Shown here in pieces: positions 19,315 through 29,990 of a DNA stretch of 64,000 bases (positions within the stretch are counted from its first letter, which is position 1; every line of letters starts with the position of its first letter). A program made the position numbers and the translations under genes. The notes under the pieces are model-generated. The model saw only the letters and a program-made list of their open reading frames with translations, was not told the origin of the DNA and did not search any database. The DNA comes from Candidatus Marinacidobacterales bacterium (GTDB taxonomy: Bacteria > Acidobacteriota > Vicinamibacteria > Marinacidobacterales > SMYC01): positions 6,560,001 to 6,624,000 of the forward strand of contig OZ250169.1 of NCBI GenBank assembly GCA_965237955.1. The letters run 5' to 3'.

Positions 19315-20823
19315 TTACTTCCGAGCCACCAACTCGAATTGTTCTTGGTACATGTTGTGGTCGGAGCGTACGTCGACGTCACGGTGCAGCATGGACTTGA
19401 TCTCATCGAGCACGGGCGCTTCCTTGCCGCGCAAGGCCCGGGCCACCTCGGGATGCACCCGCACCGTGACGCCCTTCGGATAGTCATCGACCTTCTTGCG
19501 TACTTGGTCGACGATTTCGTAGGCGACCGTCGGCGGCGACTTGATCCAAGAGCTTCCTTGACAGGACGGGCACGGACGGCAGAGCACTCGCTCGAGCGAG
19601 CGTTTGACCCGCTTCCGCGTCAGGACGATGAGCCCAAACTCGTTGACTTGAATGCTCTTCGTCGGGGAACGATCCCTCTTCAGAGCGTGCTCCAGCGCGG
19701 CGAAGACCTTGTTCTGATTCCGGCGCTCCTCCATATCGATGAAGTCGATCACGATGATCCCGCCGAGGTCCCTCAAGCGCACCTGGTGGACGATCTCCTC
19801 GAGCGCCTCGAGATTGATGCGGGTAATCGTCTCCTCGAGCTTGCGGTCGCCGGTGTAGCGGCCGGTGTTCACGTCGATGGCGACGAGCGCCTCGGTCTGG
19901 TTGATCACGATGTAGCCGCCCGACTTCAACCAGACTTTGCTGCGGAGCGCCTTGTCGATTTCCGACTGTACGCCGTACTCCTCGAAGATGGGGTAGGTCT
20001 TCGAGTAGAACTTCACCCGGTGCAACATCTGCGGCTGGATTTGGCGCACGTAGTTCAACACTTGGTCGAAGAGCTCTTCCGAGTTGATGCGGATGGCGGA
20101 GAACTCCGGCGACAAGACGTCGCGGATAAACTTGAAGACCAAACCGAGGTCCTTGTGGATGAGTGCCGGTGCTTTCGCGTGCTCGGCCTTTTCGAGCACC
20201 TCGCCCCATTTGTTCTCCAAGTATTTCAAGTCGGCGACGATGGCCTCTTCGTCCTTCCCCTGCGCCGCGGTGCGTACGATATACCCGCCCCCGCGCTGTT
20301 TCGATTGCTGTATGACACGCCTCAGTTGTGCGCGCTCCTCGGCACTGTCGATTTTTCGGGACACGCCGATGTGCTCGACCGTCGGCATGTAGACCAGTAG
20401 GCGGCCCGGGAGGCTGACATAGGAGGTAATGCGCGCGCCTTTGGTGCCGAGAGGCTCCTTGGCCACTTGCACCAGGACTTCCTGGCCCTCTTTCAAGAGC
20501 TGGTCGATCGACTGGTTGTTGTTGTGCTTGGCGGCGCGGATCTCGCGCTCGGTCTCGACGATTTTCTCTTCTTCTTCGGTGAGAAAATCCTCGTCGTCGA
20601 TGACGTCGGACACGTACAAAAACCCGTCTCGCTCGAGACCGATATCGACGAACGCCGACTGCATGCCGGGAAGCACGCGATTCACGCGTCCCTTATATAG
20701 GTTACCGACGACGCCACGGTTCCGCTCGCGCTCGAACGCGACTTCGGAAATCACCCCATCCTCGACGATCGCGAGACGCGTCTCGAGGGGGCTGTGGCTG
20801 ATGATCATTTCTTTCGTGGACAT
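19315..20823 (-). CDS. rng: Ribonuclease G (Rne/Rng family)
   Basis: VGNLYKGRV..VLPGMQSAFVDIG, KGARIT, TEALVAIDVNTG, LRDLGGIIVIDFIDM, CxxC. Confidence 0.95.
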   Translation of the reverse strand: MSTKEMIISHSPLETRLAIVEDGVISEVAFERERNRGVVGNLYKGRVNRVLPGMQSAFVDIGLERDGFLYVSDVIDDEDFLTEEEEKIVETEREIRAAKHNNNQSIDQLLKEGQEVLVQVAKEPLGTKGARITSYVSLPGRLLVYMPTVEHIGVSRKIDSAEERAQLRRVIQQSKQRGGGYIVRTAAQGKDEEAIVADLKYLENKWGEVLEKAEHAKAPALIHKDLGLVFKFIRDVLSPEFSAIRINSEELFDQVLNYVRQIQPQMLHRVKFYSKTYPIFEEYGVQSEIDKALRSKVWLKSGGYIVINQTEALVAIDVNTGRYTGDRKLEETITRINLEALEEIVHQVRLRDLGGIIVIDFIDMEERRNQNKVFAALEHALKRDRSPTKSIQVNEFGLIVLTRKRVKRSLERVLCRPCPSCQGSSWIKSPPTVAYEIVDQVRKKVDDYPKGVTVRVHPEVARALRGKEAPVLDEIKSMLHRDVDVRSDHNMYQEQFELVARK

Positions 20824-21235
20824 GTTGTTCCTCGCGAGGCAGGGTCCTACTGAGGACAGCGAGGGACGACAAAGGGCGTTCCAGACTTCTAGGGCTCGAG
20901 CGAGCCTTTACGTGCACCCGAGTGAACTGGTGCCTACAGCTTCTCTGACTGGAAAAACCGTTTCCGCCAAACCAACAGAAGTCCTTTGGGGGACGCGGCG
21001 ACGTCATCGACGTCCAGCTCAACCGTCCCCGTTATTCTGGGAAAAACCCTTCGCGCTTCCCTAAAGCCGGTCCAAATCTAGGCCCAGCCTCCTTTATGTT
21101 CAAAACGGGAGGGGATCGCTTCCCCCCCAGTAAAATCAACTAAACAAAAGTCTTTAGGGCCGCTCTACAGCGTGCCCTCTACCCGCGTCATGAAATGTGA
21201 CGCTCACGTAACTCTACCATAGCTGAGCAACTTTC

Positions 21236-21270
21236 CGGCCGATGGCTGATGGCCGATGGCTGACGGCCGC
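21236..21270. repeat. Heptamer tandem repeat
   Basis: ggccgatggctgatggccgatggctgacggc immediately after the rodA stop. Confidence 0.85.
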
Positions 21271-21272
21271 AT

Positions 21273-22364
21273 CTAGTTCACAAATCTCCTCATCCGTACA
21301 TTGAGAATAAGTCCAAATCCGACCATCGTCGCCAGCATCGACGAACCCCCGTAGCTCATCAGCGGCAGAGGAAAACCCTTGATCGGAACCAGCCCGGCCA
21401 CCATCGAGAGGTTGTAGAGAGTTTGAAAGACGAACATCGACAGCACACCGAAGACCAGATAGATACCAAGCCGATCGCGGGCGCGCCTCGCGGTCTCTAG
21501 GCACCGCAGGGTAATAACCAGATACAAGAGGATGATCGTCACCACGCCCACGAACCCGAACTCTTCCCCCACCACGGCGAAGACGAAATCCGTGTGGGGC
21601 GTCGGTAAGAACTGAAGCTGGCTTTGCGTACCCTCGAGCCAGCCCTTGCCGGCGAAGCCTCCGGCGCCGACCGCGATCGTGGATTGGATGCTCTGGTAGC
21701 CAGCCCCTTTCGGATCGCGCTCGGGATCCAAGAAAGAGTAGATACGCTCTTTCTGGTAGTCCTTGAGCGCGAAGTTCCAGCTGAGCGGCAAAGCCGTAAC
21801 GACGACGACCGCCCCTATCATGACAAGCTTCGGGCGAACCCCGGCGAGAAGCACCATGGTCACGTACACGATGCCGATGGTCGCGGCCGTGCCCAGATCC
21901 GGCTGTAGCGCGATGAGAACGAGGGGGATGCCGACGAAAATCCCGGTAATGAGCACTTCAGATGTTCCGAGCTGGTCCTTCCTCACCGCCGCGAAATACT
22001 TGGCCAGGAAGATGACGATGCCGATCTTCGCAAGCTCGCCAGGTTGGAACGTGCCGATCCCGAGCTCGAGCCAGCGGCTGGTCCCCGCTCTGAGCCCGCC
22101 GAAAAGAACGAGATAGATCAGAAACCCGACGATGACGATGTAGAACACCTCGGCTCGATCCACGATTGTGTGGTAGTCGAAGAGCATGACCAGCCCGAGC
22201 AGACCGAGGCCAATCAAAAGGCGGGCAATTTGGCCTTTGTACAGATCCGGCGTCGGTCCGGCATGGCTCGCACTGTAGATAACGAGCAGCCCGAACCCCG
22301 CGGCAACGAAGAGCCCCAGGATGGTCAGCCAATCAATCGATTGCCATTGCCGTCTTTCGAGCAC
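21273..22364 (-). CDS. rodA: Rod shape-determining SEDS glycosyltransferase
   Basis: RWL..FQPGELAK, LQPDLGT, GYQSIQS, HTDFVF..EEFG, LPLMSYGGSS. Confidence 0.97.
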   Translation of the reverse strand: MLERRQWQSIDWLTILGLFVAAGFGLLVIYSASHAGPTPDLYKGQIARLLIGLGLLGLVMLFDYHTIVDRAEVFYIVIVGFLIYLVLFGGLRAGTSRWLELGIGTFQPGELAKIGIVIFLAKYFAAVRKDQLGTSEVLITGIFVGIPLVLIALQPDLGTAATIGIVYVTMVLLAGVRPKLVMIGAVVVVTALPLSWNFALKDYQKERIYSFLDPERDPKGAGYQSIQSTIAVGAGGFAGKGWLEGTQSQLQFLPTPHTDFVFAVVGEEFGFVGVVTIILLYLVITLRCLETARRARDRLGIYLVFGVLSMFVFQTLYNLSMVAGLVPIKGFPLPLMSYGGSSMLATMVGFGLILNVRMRRFVN

Positions 22365-24177
22365 GGTCCCCTCTTGGTTCGTGTTGCAGGTCGAAGTAGG
22401 CCTTCATGATCTGTTGCGCGATCGGCGCGGCGGCGCGGCCGCCACCACCACCATGCTCGACGAGCACGGCGATGGCAATCTCGGGATTGACCTTGGGAGC
22501 ATAGCCAACGAACCACGCGTGGTTTCTGAGATGCTCGGGGCGTTCCTGGTCGCGAGTCTCCGCGATGCGTTTTCGCGAGGCGACCTGGGCCGTTCCCGTC
22601 TTGCCACTGACGTCGACGCCCTTGAGGCGCGCACGGCGGGCGGTTCCGACGCCGTTCACAGCCTGGAACATCCCCTCTTGAAGCACGCGCCAGTGCTCGG
22701 CCCGGAGCCCGACCCGCCGGGTCACCGGAGTCAACGTGTCGTCCGGGAACGGCTCGGGGACTTCTCCCGCCGGGAGCTTTCTCAAAAAGAGCTTGGGCCG
22801 GTGGACGTCGCCGGACGTTCCGATGGTCGCCACCAGCTGCGCCATCTGCATGGCGGTCACGAGCACCGCGCCTTGACCGACGGCTACGGACACGGTTTCC
22901 CCGGCGTACCAGGGCTCGTTGCGCGCTTGGCGTTTCCATGCGGGGTCGGGAACCAGCCCCGACACCTCGTGCGGCAAGTCGACACCGGTCCGGCTTCCGA
23001 GCCCGAAGAGCCTCGCGTAGCGCGCGATCGTCTCGATCTGCAGCTTCGGTCCGAGCTGGTAGAAGTAGCTGTTGCACGAGCGGGCCAACGCTTGTATCAA
23101 GTTCATCCGCCCGTGTCCCCCGGCGCGATTGCAGTGGAACACATTCCCGTAGAGGCGCACCCACCCCTTGCATGTCATTTCGGTTTCGGGGGTGATGATT
23201 TCTTCTTCGAGGGCGGCCGCCGCCACGACGAGCTTGAAGGTCGAGCCCGGCGCGTAGCGACCTTGGATCGCTCGATTCGAGAGCGGGTGGGTCTTGTCGT
23301 TCATCAAAGAAACCCACTCGACGCGATCGAACGGTCTGGAGAAACTATTCGGATCGTAAGCGGGAAAACTGCCGAGCACGAGCACTTGACCGTTTCGAGG
23401 ATCGAGGGCGACGGCGGTCCCCGCCTTGTCAGCGAACGCTTCCGCCGCCGCTTCCTGCAAGTCGAGGTCGATGGACAGCTGCACCGATTCTCCCCAGACG
23501 GGCGGCACTTGCTCGAGTACCCGCTCGCGGCGACCGTGGCTATTGACGACGACGCGCTGGACGCCGTTTCGTCCCATGAGGTAGTCGTTGTAGACACGCT
23601 CGATTCCCGATTGCCCGACGTAGTCGTTGCGCCCCGCACCCTCGTACTCGTCGCTTTCGAGCTGTTGTTCGCTGAGCCGACCGACGTATCCGACGACATG
23701 AGCGGCCAGAGAGCCCGTGGGATAAAACCGTCTCGGCACGAACTGGATGTGCGCACCGGGAAGCTCCAATCGGCGCGCCTCGACACGAGCGACTTCTTCG
23801 AGAAGGATGTCTTCCTTGATGAGAGCCGGCCCAAGCCTGGCAAGGCGAAGGTATTCTTCGTCGTCGCCATCCTCGGGAAGAGCCACGAGCTCACCGAGAG
23901 ACGCCAGCGTATCCCGCCGATCCTCTTCGAGCGTGAGATTGAACGATGGCCGGTTCTCCGCGACGATGCGCCCGTAGCGATCGAGAGCGAGCCCTCGGGG
24001 CGCGCTTTCGGGAATCGGGCGCACATGGTTGGCCTGGGCTTGCCGCTCGTAGGCTGTCGAGCGGACGACCTGGAGCTGCCAGAAACGCAGTATCAACCCG
24101 GCAAAGAGCAAGATGACCAACGCACGCCACCATGCGAGCCGGCTGTGGAGCGGCCGCAGGTCTTCGTAGATATTCAT
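22333..24177 (-). CDS. mrdA: Penicillin-binding protein 2
   Basis: APRG..DRYG, PGSTFK (SxxK), SCN, GKTGTAQ, HAWF. Confidence 0.97.
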   Translation of the reverse strand: MNIYEDLRPLHSRLAWWRALVILLFAGLILRFWQLQVVRSTAYERQAQANHVRPIPESAPRGLALDRYGRIVAENRPSFNLTLEEDRRDTLASLGELVALPEDGDDEEYLRLARLGPALIKEDILLEEVARVEARRLELPGAHIQFVPRRFYPTGSLAAHVVGYVGRLSEQQLESDEYEGAGRNDYVGQSGIERVYNDYLMGRNGVQRVVVNSHGRRERVLEQVPPVWGESVQLSIDLDLQEAAAEAFADKAGTAVALDPRNGQVLVLGSFPAYDPNSFSRPFDRVEWVSLMNDKTHPLSNRAIQGRYAPGSTFKLVVAAAALEEEIITPETEMTCKGWVRLYGNVFHCNRAGGHGRMNLIQALARSCNSYFYQLGPKLQIETIARYARLFGLGSRTGVDLPHEVSGLVPDPAWKRQARNEPWYAGETVSVAVGQGAVLVTAMQMAQLVATIGTSGDVHRPKLFLRKLPAGEVPEPFPDDTLTPVTRRVGLRAEHWRVLQEGMFQAVNGVGTARRARLKGVDVSGKTGTAQVASRKRIAETRDQERPEHLRNHAWFVGYAPKVNPEIAIAVLVEHGGGGGRAAAPIAQQIMKAYFDLQHEPRGDRARKTAMAID

Positions 24178-24187
24178 AATGGCGGTG

Positions 24188-24667
24188 TCACAGGGAGTCG
24201 AGAGGGCGCTTTTTGTCGACAAACCCTATTAACAGGATACCAGCGATAGCGTTCCCGATACACAGATAAAGCGGGGTCAGTCCCTCACCTATTACGCGAG
24301 GAAGCTCTGCCAAATGTCCGACGCCTGCCAGAATCGCCATATCTATTAGCGACATCGAGGCAAAGAACAAAAGCCGTGGCGTCCAGCTTCGTACGATCAG
24401 GTGCCGGCCGGCAATCCCGGCCAGATAGCCCACGGTGATTTTGGCGATGCCGTTGAACCCAAGGAGCCCGCCGGAGAACGTGTCCTGTATCAAACCGGCG
24501 ACCGTCCCCGTCACCAGCCCAGCGACGCGCCCTCTCACAAGGCCGAACATCGCCACGACGACGGTGAACAGATCGAGATAGGTGTTCAGAAAAGGGGAAT
24601 AGCGCCCGAGGACGGTCTGGACGATGAACGCGACCAGAAGGGCGAGAGCGACGGGTAGAAACCTCAC
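24188..24667 (-). CDS. mreD: Rod shape-determining protein MreD
   Basis: Hydrophobic, GLIQD motif, between mreC and mrdA. Confidence 0.9.
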   Translation of the reverse strand: MRFLPVALALLVAFIVQTVLGRYSPFLNTYLDLFTVVVAMFGLVRGRVAGLVTGTVAGLIQDTFSGGLLGFNGIAKITVGYLAGIAGRHLIVRSWTPRLLFFASMSLIDMAILAGVGHLAELPRVIGEGLTPLYLCIGNAIAGILLIGFVDKKRPLDSL

Positions 24668-25530
24668 TCGACTCGTTCGGTGATCTCGAGCTCGCCTATT
24701 GCCGGAAGGATGAACACTTCCTCGAGACGATCGAGGGTGGCGGCAGGCTCGACGGTGATAATTTTGAACAAGCGCGGGCCGTTACGAACGGACGCTACTC
24801 GTCCGACGGCGATACCCTTGTGATAGATCCCATCGATGCCGGAAGTCACGATGGGGTCGCCTTCAGCGACGTCCTCGAGGTTGCTCACATAGTTCAGGAC
24901 GAGCCCCGTTGGGCTCGCTTGCTCGCCGCTTCCGGTCACCATCCCGCGCATCCGCGTGCGTGAGAGGAGCACCGCCACCGAGCAGTCGCGATCGGTGAGA
25001 AGCTGAATCTGCGATACAATAGGGCCGACCGAGATCACTCGTCCGACCAAACCCCCTGCGGCCACGACGGGCGCGTTGAGTTCGACGCTGCGATTTTTGC
25101 CCTGGTTGACGGTGATCGTGCGAAACCAAGCGCTCGCATCGAGCCCAATGACCTCTGCAACCACCGGCTCGTAAGGAAGACGCTCAGCGAGCTCGAGAAC
25201 ACTGCTCAACCGCCGGTAGCTCGCAACCAGGTCGCGCTCGAGCCACAGCGCCTGCTCGAATCGCGCGACTTCTTCACGTAAACGCTCGTTCTCTTCGTGG
25301 GCTCCGCGCAGGTCGATGTAGTCGTTCCACACGGAACGAACGCCCCCCATCGCCGCGCCGGCGCCCTGCTGGAGAGGCGAGAGCAGCATGACGACGAGCG
25401 AGCGCAGCGCCGAATCGCCCCGTTCGGTCGAGACTTGCGACGACAGCAACAGCGCGTGCGCCACGAGGATGAGCACGAAGAGAAAGTGCCCTCCGCGAGA
25501 GCCTAGCGGGGCGTTGACGGTGGTCGCCAT
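24664..25530 (-). CDS. mreC: Rod shape-determining protein MreC
   Basis: ENERLREE coiled coil, GLVGRV, VTSGIDGIY. Confidence 0.95.
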   Translation of the reverse strand: MATTVNAPLGSRGGHFLFVLILVAHALLLSSQVSTERGDSALRSLVVMLLSPLQQGAGAAMGGVRSVWNDYIDLRGAHEENERLREEVARFEQALWLERDLVASYRRLSSVLELAERLPYEPVVAEVIGLDASAWFRTITVNQGKNRSVELNAPVVAAGGLVGRVISVGPIVSQIQLLTDRDCSVAVLLSRTRMRGMVTGSGEQASPTGLVLNYVSNLEDVAEGDPIVTSGIDGIYHKGIAVGRVASVRNGPRLFKIITVEPAATLDRLEEVFILPAIGELEITERVE

Positions 25531-25573
25531 AGCCTAAGGCCGCTAAGGTCAGACTCGAGGGAAGGCGTGCGAT

Positions 25574-26599
25574 TTAGTCCAGACACACTTTCCTGAGTAG
25601 CTTGACGTCGTCGAGCATTTTGCCGGTTCCGAGCACGACGGACGAAAGCGGATCTTCTCCCATCGACACGGGAAGCCCGGTCTCCTCTCGGAAACGTTTG
25701 TCCAGATTCTTGAGAAGCGCGCCTCCTCCGGTGAGGACGATCCCACGGTCTACGATGTCTGCCGACAGCTCGGGAGGTGTCCGCTCGAGCGCGACGCGGA
25801 CGGCGTTGACGAGGATGACGATCGTCTCTTCCAGGGCCTCGCGGATCTCTTCGTCGGTCACCAGCAGTGTCTTGGGAATACCCTCGATGAGGTTACGTCC
25901 CTTGATCTCCATCGTCATCGGTTTGTCGAGCGGATAGGCCGAGCCGATCTCGATCTTGACTTGCTCCGCGGTGCGCTCGCCGATGAGAAGGTTGTACTTC
26001 TTGCGAAGGTACTTGATGATCGCCTCGTCCATCTCGTTACCGGCGACACGGACAGAGCTGCTATAGACGGTGCCAGCCATGGAGATCACCGCGACGTCGG
26101 TGGTACCGCCACCGATGTCGACGATCATGTTCCCCGAGGGCTCGGTGACGGGAAGGCCGGCTCCGATCGCCGCGGCCATCGCCTGATCGACGAGAAACAC
26201 TTCGCTCGCTTTGGCCCGCAGGGCAGTGTCCTTGACCGCGCGCTTTTCCACCTGAGTGATCTCGGACGGGATTCCGATCACGATGCGAGGCGCAACCCAG
26301 ACCTTGCGGTTATGAGCCTTTTGGATGAAGTACGCGAGCATCTTCTCCGTGATCTCGAAATCGGCGATGACACCGTCTTTCATGGGACGGATGGCGGTGA
26401 TGCTTCCCGGGGTGCGACCAAGCATCTCCTTCGCCTCGTTGCCGACAGCCTCGACTTTCGTGGTGATGTTGTTGATGGCGACGATGGAAGGCTCGGAAAC
26501 GACGATACCCTGGTTCTTCACGAACACGAGCGTGTTGGCGGTTCCCAGATCGATGGCGAGCTCGTTGGAGAAGACGCTGAAAAGAGAACGAACGTTCAT
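25574..26599 (-). CDS. mreB: Actin-like protein MreB
   Basis: [35 protein letters not shown]. Confidence 0.99.
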   Translation of the reverse strand: MNVRSLFSVFSNELAIDLGTANTLVFVKNQGIVVSEPSIVAINNITTKVEAVGNEAKEMLGRTPGSITAIRPMKDGVIADFEITEKMLAYFIQKAHNRKVWVAPRIVIGIPSEITQVEKRAVKDTALRAKASEVFLVDQAMAAAIGAGLPVTEPSGNMIVDIGGGTTDVAVISMAGTVYSSSVRVAGNEMDEAIIKYLRKKYNLLIGERTAEQVKIEIGSAYPLDKPMTMEIKGRNLIEGIPKTLLVTDEEIREALEETIVILVNAVRVALERTPPELSADIVDRGIVLTGGGALLKNLDKRFREETGLPVSMGEDPLSSVVLGTGKMLDDVKLLRKVCLD

Positions 26600-26661
26600 T
26601 CGACTCAGACCGAATCTACAGAGTTGAAAATCAAATTGAAATGATAGTTATCGGGTGGAAC

Positions 26662-28149
26662 TCAGGTGGCCAAGCACACCGCATCTTTACCGTGCTCTTT
26701 GACACTATACATTGCCTGGTCTGCCTTTTGCATGAGATCTTGCGGGTTTTCGCCGTGATCCGGAAACACACTCACGCCGAAGCTCGCCGACAAGCTGGCC
26801 TCGAGACCGAACTCTTCGAGAAAGGCGTGGACGTTGAGCGCGCGCCGGATGCGTTCCGCGACGGCAAGAGCACCCTCCCCATCCGTGTCGGGTAGCACCA
26901 CGACGAACTCGTCGCCGCCGTAGCGGCTGACGACGTCGTCCTCGCGCACCGCGCCGCGGATGAGGGTCCCAACCTCGAACAAGCTGCGCGAGCCGCACAG
27001 ATGACCGTGCTGGTCATTGATGCCTTTGAACCCGTCGAGGTCGAGAAACACGACGGCCAAATGGCCTTCCTCCCGGCTGGCGCGCTGGATGGCCTCTTCC
27101 AGAAAACTGTTCAGATATCGAGAATTGTACAACTTTGTGAGGTCGTCTGTCACGGCGAGGTGCTGCGTCTTCTGGAACAAGATGGCGTTCTCGAGGGCTA
27201 TGGCAGCGGGCTCCACCATCGTCAGCAGCAAGTTCATGTCCCGGCGGGTGAACCGATTCCCCGACGCGCGGTTCATGATCTCGACGACGCCGATGATACG
27301 ACCTCGAGACGTCAACGGCGCACACAAGATCGCACGCGTCTGAAACCGGGTGAGCTCGTCGAAACGGTGTTGAAACCGTGTGTCGTTCTTGACGTCGTTC
27401 ACGATCGTGGGCTCGTCCGTCTGCGCGACCCAGCCGGCCACGCCTTCGCCCATCTTGATGCGCGTCGTCGTCAGGTCCGCCGCACCTTTTTCGCCGAGCG
27501 CCATCTCGAACGTCAGGTCGCCGGTCTCTTCGTCGACGAGAAGAATCGACCATGCTTCCGACGGAATGAGCTCCTGGATCTGCGACATGATCACGTTGAG
27601 CACGCGCCGGGGCTCGAGAATCGAGTTCGCAGTCGAGACGATGTCACCGAGCACTTGAAGCCGCCGCGAAGTCTCCCGGAGGCGTCGGGAAAGCTTCGAA
27701 GCCTTACGAGTCGCTTCGAGGTGGCGTTGTGCGTCGCGAACGAGCGATCGAAGAACGCCTTTTCTGGGGACCTCGCTCAGGTGGAGTGCATAGACCGAGC
27801 GCGCGTCGGGCTCTCGACCGTTCGTCGACGGACCCAAAACGATCAGGGGGACGCTCGGGTTCGTCTTGCGGAGCCAGCGGATGAGCCCGTTGGCGTTTTT
27901 AGCGGCGGGGCGTTGCTCGACGATGATGGCATCGTACGGCTCGGCAACCCAGTCGGCCTTGGTGAAACTGGATGGGTCGAACCGCGTGAGCTCGACAGTT
28001 TCACTAGGGCCACTGGACGAAGACAGCGATCGGCTCAGCTTCGAAGAGTCGCTGAAAAGGGCAAGACGAAGTCTCTTCTTGGATGATCTCCCGGCCCGAC
28101 GATTCTTGCGGGTGCCGCGGTTGGTTTTCTTGCCGGTTGTTGCTGGCAC
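26662..28149 (-). CDS. GAF-GGDEF diguanylate cyclase
   Basis: GAF domain (GEGVAGWV), TDDLTKLYN, DLDGFK, RYGGDEF; degenerate REC-like N-terminus. Confidence 0.93.
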   Translation of the reverse strand: MPATTGKKTNRGTRKNRRAGRSSKKRLRLALFSDSSKLSRSLSSSSGPSETVELTRFDPSSFTKADWVAEPYDAIIVEQRPAAKNANGLIRWLRKTNPSVPLIVLGPSTNGREPDARSVYALHLSEVPRKGVLRSLVRDAQRHLEATRKASKLSRRLRETSRRLQVLGDIVSTANSILEPRRVLNVIMSQIQELIPSEAWSILLVDEETGDLTFEMALGEKGAADLTTTRIKMGEGVAGWVAQTDEPTIVNDVKNDTRFQHRFDELTRFQTRAILCAPLTSRGRIIGVVEIMNRASGNRFTRRDMNLLLTMVEPAAIALENAILFQKTQHLAVTDDLTKLYNSRYLNSFLEEAIQRASREEGHLAVVFLDLDGFKGINDQHGHLCGSRSLFEVGTLIRGAVREDDVVSRYGGDEFVVVLPDTDGEGALAVAERIRRALNVHAFLEEFGLEASLSASFGVSVFPDHGENPQDLMQKADQAMYSVKEHGKDAVCLAT

Positions 28150-29501
28150 GCTACCTTACGAACGGAAAGATGGGTGTTTCTCGGGAGCACTGACCCTACG
28201 GCGCTTGCTTGGGGAGTCCGCGGACGCGCGTCCTGGCCCGGCCGCGAGGACATCGCTCACGGTCAATCGGTTCCTATCTCTGCGTAGACCGTCTTCTCCG
28301 CTACGCCTCCTCCGTCTCTTCTCCGCGCTTTGACGATCACGGGGTGCTTGCCCGCACTCCGGACGAGAAACCGATAAGTGAACGAGCCATCGCCCTTCAC
28401 GTGGACGCGGTCATTGCCCATGCCGTGGTCCACGGTGACGAACACGCCCGCATCCGTGCGCCCCTGCAGCGTCACCAGGCCATCGAGCGCGACCGAAGGC
28501 TTGAAGACCGTGAGATCCGGTGGTGTCGATTGCTCGACGTGTAGCCTGACGGTGAACTTCGCGAACTCGCTGGGTGCTCCCGCCCGGTTATCTCGGTCGA
28601 TCGCCGTCACCTGCCAGTAGTAGGTGCCGGGATCCAAACCCTGATGCAGAACCGTTACCCCGGGAACATTACTCTCGAGGATGGGGTCTCGAAAGTTCGG
28701 AGAGCGATCGAGCACCACATTGTATTTACGAGCGCCATCGACTGGATGCCACTTGAACTCCATCGTGTTGCTGCGCTCGACGATATCCAAGTTGGCCGGC
28801 GTGACCAGAGAAGGCACACCGGGAAGCTCGATGACTTTGGAGAATCGACTATCCGCCATCACATCGACGGCCTGGGCCGAACCCAGGTTGACCTCGGTGT
28901 CACCCGAACGCACCGCCGATCCGCCGCGGAGAATCGTGAATCCTGACACGCGGCTCGCGCTGTCGAAGCTGACGTCGGCGGTGGTGCTTTCTTGGAAGCG
29001 AGCCTGAGACGTCGGTGTCGACAAGTTCGACCGCGAGCCGGGAACGTCGTGGCGCGGGGTGTTCAAACTCACTTGCCCGGAAGCGAGCTTCACCGACACG
29101 TGTTTCGCTTTGGTGTCCGGGTCTTCGTACGCCTCCTCGATCACGAGAATCGACTCGGACTTGACAAGGTATTCGGTGCCGTCGAACAGGCGGACGCGAG
29201 CGCTCGCGCCTCCGACGGTGCGGATGGTGTCTTCGCGCGAGAGCGCCATACCCATGCTGGCGTTGGCCCACTCGTAAGTGCCCGCTTTGCGGACCTTCAC
29301 GCTGCCGTTGAGATCCAGAAACCGCGCGCTCCTGTCCATCTCCGGATTCGCCTCGGCGACGGGCTTTTCGCCAGGATCGACGAAGATTGCATAATAACCG
29401 TACGCGCCCGCCGCGGCCAGTCCCAACAGTGCAAGTGTTTCGGTTCAGCTGGAACATGACAGTCCTGAAGTTAAAATACGCACATGGAAAAAGGAGCTGT
29501 C

Positions 29502-29943
29502 ATGAGCAAAGGTCGTCGTCGTCACACTGCGGAGCAAAAGGCAGAGCTTGTTGCGCCAGCACGTTGCCGAGAAAAAGCCGGTCTCGGAGGTATGCAACGA
29601 GGCAGAAATCCAGCCGAGCCTGTTCTACACATGGCAAAGGGAGCTATTGGCTGGAGCCCATACGGTGTTTTCGTTCCGTCGTGCGCCGAGCCGTGAGAAG
29701 GAGCTAGTCCCCTGGATCTTTGATTACTATACAAAGTTAGGCTTTTCGCCAGCCCATAAGATTCATAAGATTCATGCACTTAGAAGGGTTTCGGCAAGCT
29801 CTGCTTTATCTAGTTTGTTCTGATACAGGGGACCAGAGGAGAAGCTCTCCCGTCTCGAGGCGAAGGTGGCCCGTAAGGATCAGATCATCGCTGAGGTGAC
29901 CGAAGAGTACGTGACACTCAAAAAAAAACTTGGGGAAGCCTGA
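29502..29943 (+). pseudogene. IS3 OrfA, disrupted by MITE and a 1-nt indel
   Basis: MSKGRRRHTAEQKAE/LLRQH..VSEVC..SLFYTWQRE..EKEL[MITE]EEKLSRLEAKVARKDQII; A9 slippery run at ~29920-29928. Confidence 0.85.
29704..29836 (+). mobile_element. ~133-bp MITE, copy 2 (nested in IS3 orfA)
   Basis: CTAGTCCCCTGGATC...GATACAGGGGACCAG; near-identical to copy 1. Confidence 0.92.
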
Positions 29944-29990
29944 GTGGTGCCTGGATTCCCCATGACCGTCGTGACGAGGTTGTCGACTTC

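Noticed and set aside
22321-24249. Long antisense ORFs (this 642-aa ORF, also 41125-42675, 53137-54366, 6561-7796)
   Set aside because: These are shadow ORFs opposite well-supported genes, as expected from high-GC codon bias, and carry no motifs.
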